This document shows, piece after piece, positions 26,457 to 29,026 of a DNA stretch of 29,026 bases (position 1 is its first letter; every line of letters starts with the position of its first letter). The stretch comes from a virus (Duplodnaviria > Heunggongvirae > Uroviricota > Caudoviricetes): the IMG/VR virus record IMGVR_UViG_3300033069_001022, positions 90,960 through 119,985 of that record; one strand, written 5' to 3'. The notes under the pieces are model-generated. The model had not been told where the DNA came from. It saw only the letters and a program-made list of their open reading frames with translations, and did not search any database. The position numbers were made by a program, and so were the translations under genes.

Positions 26457-26783
26457 TTAACGATTATCTCCAGAACCTTGTATAACACCTCTTTCTCTAC
26501 GAGAAGTTAGTTTAACTATATTCATTTCTGCAATATCTTCTAAAGTATATCCAAGATCTTCAGCAGTAGCTGCCAAATACCAAAGAACATCACCTAGTTC
26601 ATCTGCTATAAGTCTCTTATTTTCAGCATTGAAATCTCCACCACTATCCCTAAGAACTTTCTTTACTTTACCCTGTACTTCTCCTGCCTCATTACCTAAT
26701 CCTAATACTGGATATATAATCTTATCACCATATCCATATATCTTATTCTTCATTGCCTCATTCTGATATTCATTTAATTTCAT
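26457..26783 (-). CDS. mazG: MazG-like nucleotide pyrophosphohydrolase
   Basis: NEYQ...LGL.NEAGEV..KVKK...DELGDVLWY...LG..LE.IA..N..KL..R..RG.I.GSGDNR. Confidence 0.92.
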   Translation of the reverse strand: MKLNEYQNEAMKNKIYGYGDKIIYPVLGLGNEAGEVQGKVKKVLRDSGGDFNAENKRLIADELGDVLWYLAATAEDLGYTLEDIAEMNIVKLTSRRERGVIQGSGDNR

Positions 26784-26784
26784 A

Positions 26785-27747
26785 TTAATTTTCTTTTATT
26801 TTGTTTAAAACTTTTGTTTCCAATTCTAACGCATAATCAGGGTTATCCCTAAGAAATTCCCTTAGTTTTCCATCTTGTAATTTAGTATCACTTACTGTAT
26901 ACCAAGTTCCTGACTTTTCAAGAAACTTATATTCTACTGCTAAATCTATCAACTCACCTATTCTATCTACACCTACTCCCCATATGATATTAAACTCTGC
27001 TTTTCCAAATGGTGGTGCACATTTATTTTTAACTACTTCCACAGTAGTTTTGTTTGTTTCTTTTGCTTTATCCAGTACCTTAGATACTTTGTATCTCATA
27101 TCAGCATAGAACTTGTAAGCATTTCCCCCTGATGGAACATTTGGATCTCCATAACCACCTATATTAGTTCTTAACTGGCTAATAGTAATCATAGTAGTTC
27201 CAGTAGACATTAGATTAGGTTTAATCTTTCTAAGAGCATCATTATTTACTCTTGCTTGTAAAGCCATTTTAGCATCACCAATTTCACTCTCAAGAGAAGC
27301 TTTAGGTGGCATAGCTGTTTGACTATCTAGAACTATTAATCCAAATTCCTTACTCAATACTGCTTCATAAATCAGATTATAACCATCTTCCATAGTCTCT
27401 GGTTGAGCTATAAACATTTCTTCTACATTAACACCAATTGATTTTGCATATTTTTTATCAAAAGATTGCTCAAAATCAACTAACATAGTTTTCTCACCAG
27501 CTTTTTGAAATTCAGATATAAAGTGTAGGCATAAAGTACTTTTACCTGAACTCTCTGGTCCAAAAATTTCAATCAATTTACCTTTAGGATTACCACCAAC
27601 TCCTGTTGCAATATCAAGGGTTAAACTCCCTGTCTTAACAACATCTAAATGGTCTGGAGCTTGTCCACCTCCTATAATGGTTCCCTTACCATACTTCTTG
27701 TTGAGTACATCTACTATACTCTCTTTCTTTACTTTTTCTTCTGCCAT
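26785..27747 (-). CDS. recA: RecA recombinase
   Basis: TGSLTLDIATGVGG.PKG..IEIFGPESSGKST (Walker A), IVLDS (Walker B), ISQLR, GGNA.KFYADMR, VVKNKCAPPF. Confidence 0.97.
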   Translation of the reverse strand: MAEEKVKKESIVDVLNKKYGKGTIIGGGQAPDHLDVVKTGSLTLDIATGVGGNPKGKLIEIFGPESSGKSTLCLHFISEFQKAGEKTMLVDFEQSFDKKYAKSIGVNVEEMFIAQPETMEDGYNLIYEAVLSKEFGLIVLDSQTAMPPKASLESEIGDAKMALQARVNNDALRKIKPNLMSTGTTMITISQLRTNIGGYGDPNVPSGGNAYKFYADMRYKVSKVLDKAKETNKTTVEVVKNKCAPPFGKAEFNIIWGVGVDRIGELIDLAVEYKFLEKSGTWYTVSDTKLQDGKLREFLRDNPDYALELETKVLNKIKEN

Positions 27748-27756
27748 ATTAATTGT

Positions 27757-28020
27757 TTAATTTTCTTTATTAATCCACACAGTTTCTATCCTGCCACTTC
27801 TAGGTATAACTATCTCTTCTTTTTCCTCCCAAAGTTCTATTGTCCTGTCTGAATCAAGTAATATACCATTTTGATCATCTAATATTACACCAGTACAAGG
27901 CTCTTCGTTACAAGTACCTATATAAGTACCTCTTATAATACCTTCATAGAATTGTTTTCCATCCTCATATATTCTATATTTTTCTCCTGGTTTAATATCG
28001 TTATATATTTTCGCTTTCAT
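27757..28020 (-). CDS. Hypothetical protein (87 aa)
   Basis: ATG start in operon order upstream of recA. Confidence 0.6.
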   Translation of the reverse strand: MKAKIYNDIKPGEKYRIYEDGKQFYEGIIRGTYIGTCNEEPCTGVILDDQNGILLDSDRTIELWEEKEEIVIPRSGRIETVWINKEN

Positions 28021-28243
28021 TTTTATACTCCCAAGGAGCTTTATATAGTTTAAAAGTTATAAATTGTATTACTCTTTTGTACCATTTTCTCTTAGGCTCA
28101 TTTATAATCATAAATTCTTCTATAGAATGTGGCATCATAAAAATTGTACCTACTTCAAAAGCATAAGCCAGATTTAATTTAAAATAAGCCTTTGTAAAAC
28201 CTGTTTTTATAATATCTTTTGTACTGGTTATAAAATATTCCAT
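28001..28243 (-). CDS. Hypothetical protein (~80 aa)
   Basis: ATG at 28243 lies 3 nt downstream of a TATATTTG box. Confidence 0.55.
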   Translation of the reverse strand: MEYFITSTKDIIKTGFTKAYFKLNLAYAFEVGTIFMMPHSIEEFMIINEPKRKWYKRVIQFITFKLYKAPWEYKNESENI

Positions 28244-28246
28244 ATA

Positions 28247-28302
28247 CAAATATAATAAAAAAACCTAGCTATTTCTAGCTAGGTTTGTTAATGAATTGTT
28301 AA
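28247..28302 (-). promoter_or_regulatory. TTAACAA direct-repeat box plus TATATTTG -7 box driving the recA/mazG operon
   Basis: On the - strand, TTAACAA-TTCA-TTAACAA (28302-28285), 30 nt, then TATATTTG (28254-28247). Confidence 0.5.
28261..28286 (-). terminator. Rho-independent terminator after the HNH-like gene
   Basis: AAACCTAGCTA-tttc-TAGCTAGGTTT 11-bp inverted repeat followed on the - strand by a T-tract. Confidence 0.75.
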
Positions 28303-28851
28303 CTAATCTACAGTACAAGCTGCTACTTTTTTACACATATCAATAAAATATTGATTATCAAATTTATTCTTCATAATATTAATATCTTTATGTACCCATT
28401 GTACATTATCTAATGTATAATCTTTACTACTATCTATTCTATCTAAAGAAGCTGTATAAGACCCTTTACTTTTATTAGGGAATATCAAAATAATTCCTGT
28501 TAAAGCACATTTTCTTTCTTGTTTTAAAAATAGATTCCATGCTTCTTCAATAGTAATCGTTACTTTTTTTATTCTTCTATTACCTTTTACTCCACTAGCA
28601 CTTCTAATTATTTTATCATACCAGAAAGCTGAAGATATTTCCCCTATTCCTGCCCACAAGGAATGTTTAGCTCCGAAACTTCTTTCACACCCACAATGAG
28701 TTATCCTACCTGCTCTTAAATGAGTTGTAGATACTATATGAATATTTCCACAATCACATAAGCATTTGTATCTAGTATAATATCCATTCTTATCCTTTTC
28801 TTTATTTAAAGCTAGTAATTTACCAAATTTATTACCAATTTCTGTCTTCAT
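28303..28851 (-). CDS. HNH-like homing endonuclease (182 aa)
   Basis: N-terminal GNKFGKL...Y.C.CDCGN...L..G....CGC; C-terminal CALTG...ASLDRIDSSKDY..DNVQWVHK.IN.MK. Confidence 0.8.
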   Translation of the reverse strand: MKTEIGNKFGKLLALNKEKDKNGYYTRYKCLCDCGNIHIVSTTHLRAGRITHCGCERSFGAKHSLWAGIGEISSAFWYDKIIRSASGVKGNRRIKKVTITIEEAWNLFLKQERKCALTGIILIFPNKSKGSYTASLDRIDSSKDYTLDNVQWVHKDINIMKNKFDNQYFIDMCKKVAACTVD

Positions 28852-28871
28852 AATTTAACAAATATTTACCA

Positions 28872-28927
28872 CTAAGATAGTAAATAAATGTGAAAATACA
28901 AAGACATTTATGTTATTAAATTGTTAA
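28872..28927 (-). promoter_or_regulatory. TTAACA-like repeat box plus Bacteroidetes-type promoter for the HNH-like gene
   Basis: On the - strand: TTAACAA-TTTA-ATAACAT (28927-28910); TTTG (28902-28899), 19 nt, TATCTTAG (28879-28872, one mismatch to TAnnTTTG). Confidence 0.45.
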
Positions 28928-29026
28928 CTCACACTGGGAGCCACTACATGCAGCCACTTGACCAAATTGTACATTATCATCATGTTCAACTACCTGTGTA
29001 AGGTCTAAATCCTGTATAAACTCTAT
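28916..29026 (-). CDS. nrdJ: 3' end of class II (B12-dependent) ribonucleotide reductase; truncated by the window edge
   Basis: Manual translation IEFIQDLDLTQVVEHDDNVQFGQVAACSGSQCELTI* matches the D.t.V.E.dD...AC.G..CE C-terminal redox-cysteine tail of NrdJ. Confidence 0.75.
   Translation of the reverse strand: MEFIQDLDLTQVVEHDDNVQFGQVAACSGSQCELTI

Noticed and set aside
27649-27852. + strand 67-aa ORF
   Set aside because: Antisense to recA and the adjacent gene; no motif.
1-29026. Stop-codon reassignment (TAG or TGA), as in some crAss-like clades
   Set aside because: Giant ORFs are intact under the standard code, TGA and TAG both end credible genes, and no suppressor tRNA is visible.
1-29026. 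CRISPR array, tRNA/rRNA genes, introns/inteins, diversity-generating retroelement
   Set aside because: By eye I found no regularly spaced repeats, cloverleaf, reverse transcriptase, template/variable repeat pair or intein motifs. A tRNAscan/Infernal run would be needed to exclude small RNAs.

Overview
Low-GC, CpG-poor window from a lytic Bacteroidetes-type tailed phage, most likely crAss-like, read in the standard genetic code. The + strand block (<1-24969) holds: a 5'-truncated giant virion RNA polymerase (RIPTQ and DFDVD motifs); a 1750-aa ejected cargo protein with a degenerate zincin, a PD-(D/E)xK nuclease and a TM helix; tail fibre/spike genes including a PKD + beta-helix protein; a chain of tiny membrane proteins; a two-holin + GH108 endolysin lysis cassette; a GIY-YIG endonuclease; two glycosyltransferases coupled to a protein with a mucin-like poly-Thr tail; an HNH-like endonuclease; and two hypothetical genes. 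A bidirectional terminator (~24976-25006) separates this from a convergent - strand block: hypotheticals, a Cys-less HNH-like protein, mazG, recA, an HNH-like endonuclease and the 3' end of a class II ribonucleotide reductase. The most interesting signal is a candidate phage-encoded virion O-glycosylation module (21380-23637). A TTAACA direct-repeat box at a fixed distance upstream of host-type promoters and a head-to-tail cysteine pair on the two giant cargo proteins also stand out. All family calls come from motif recognition only; no database searches were run.
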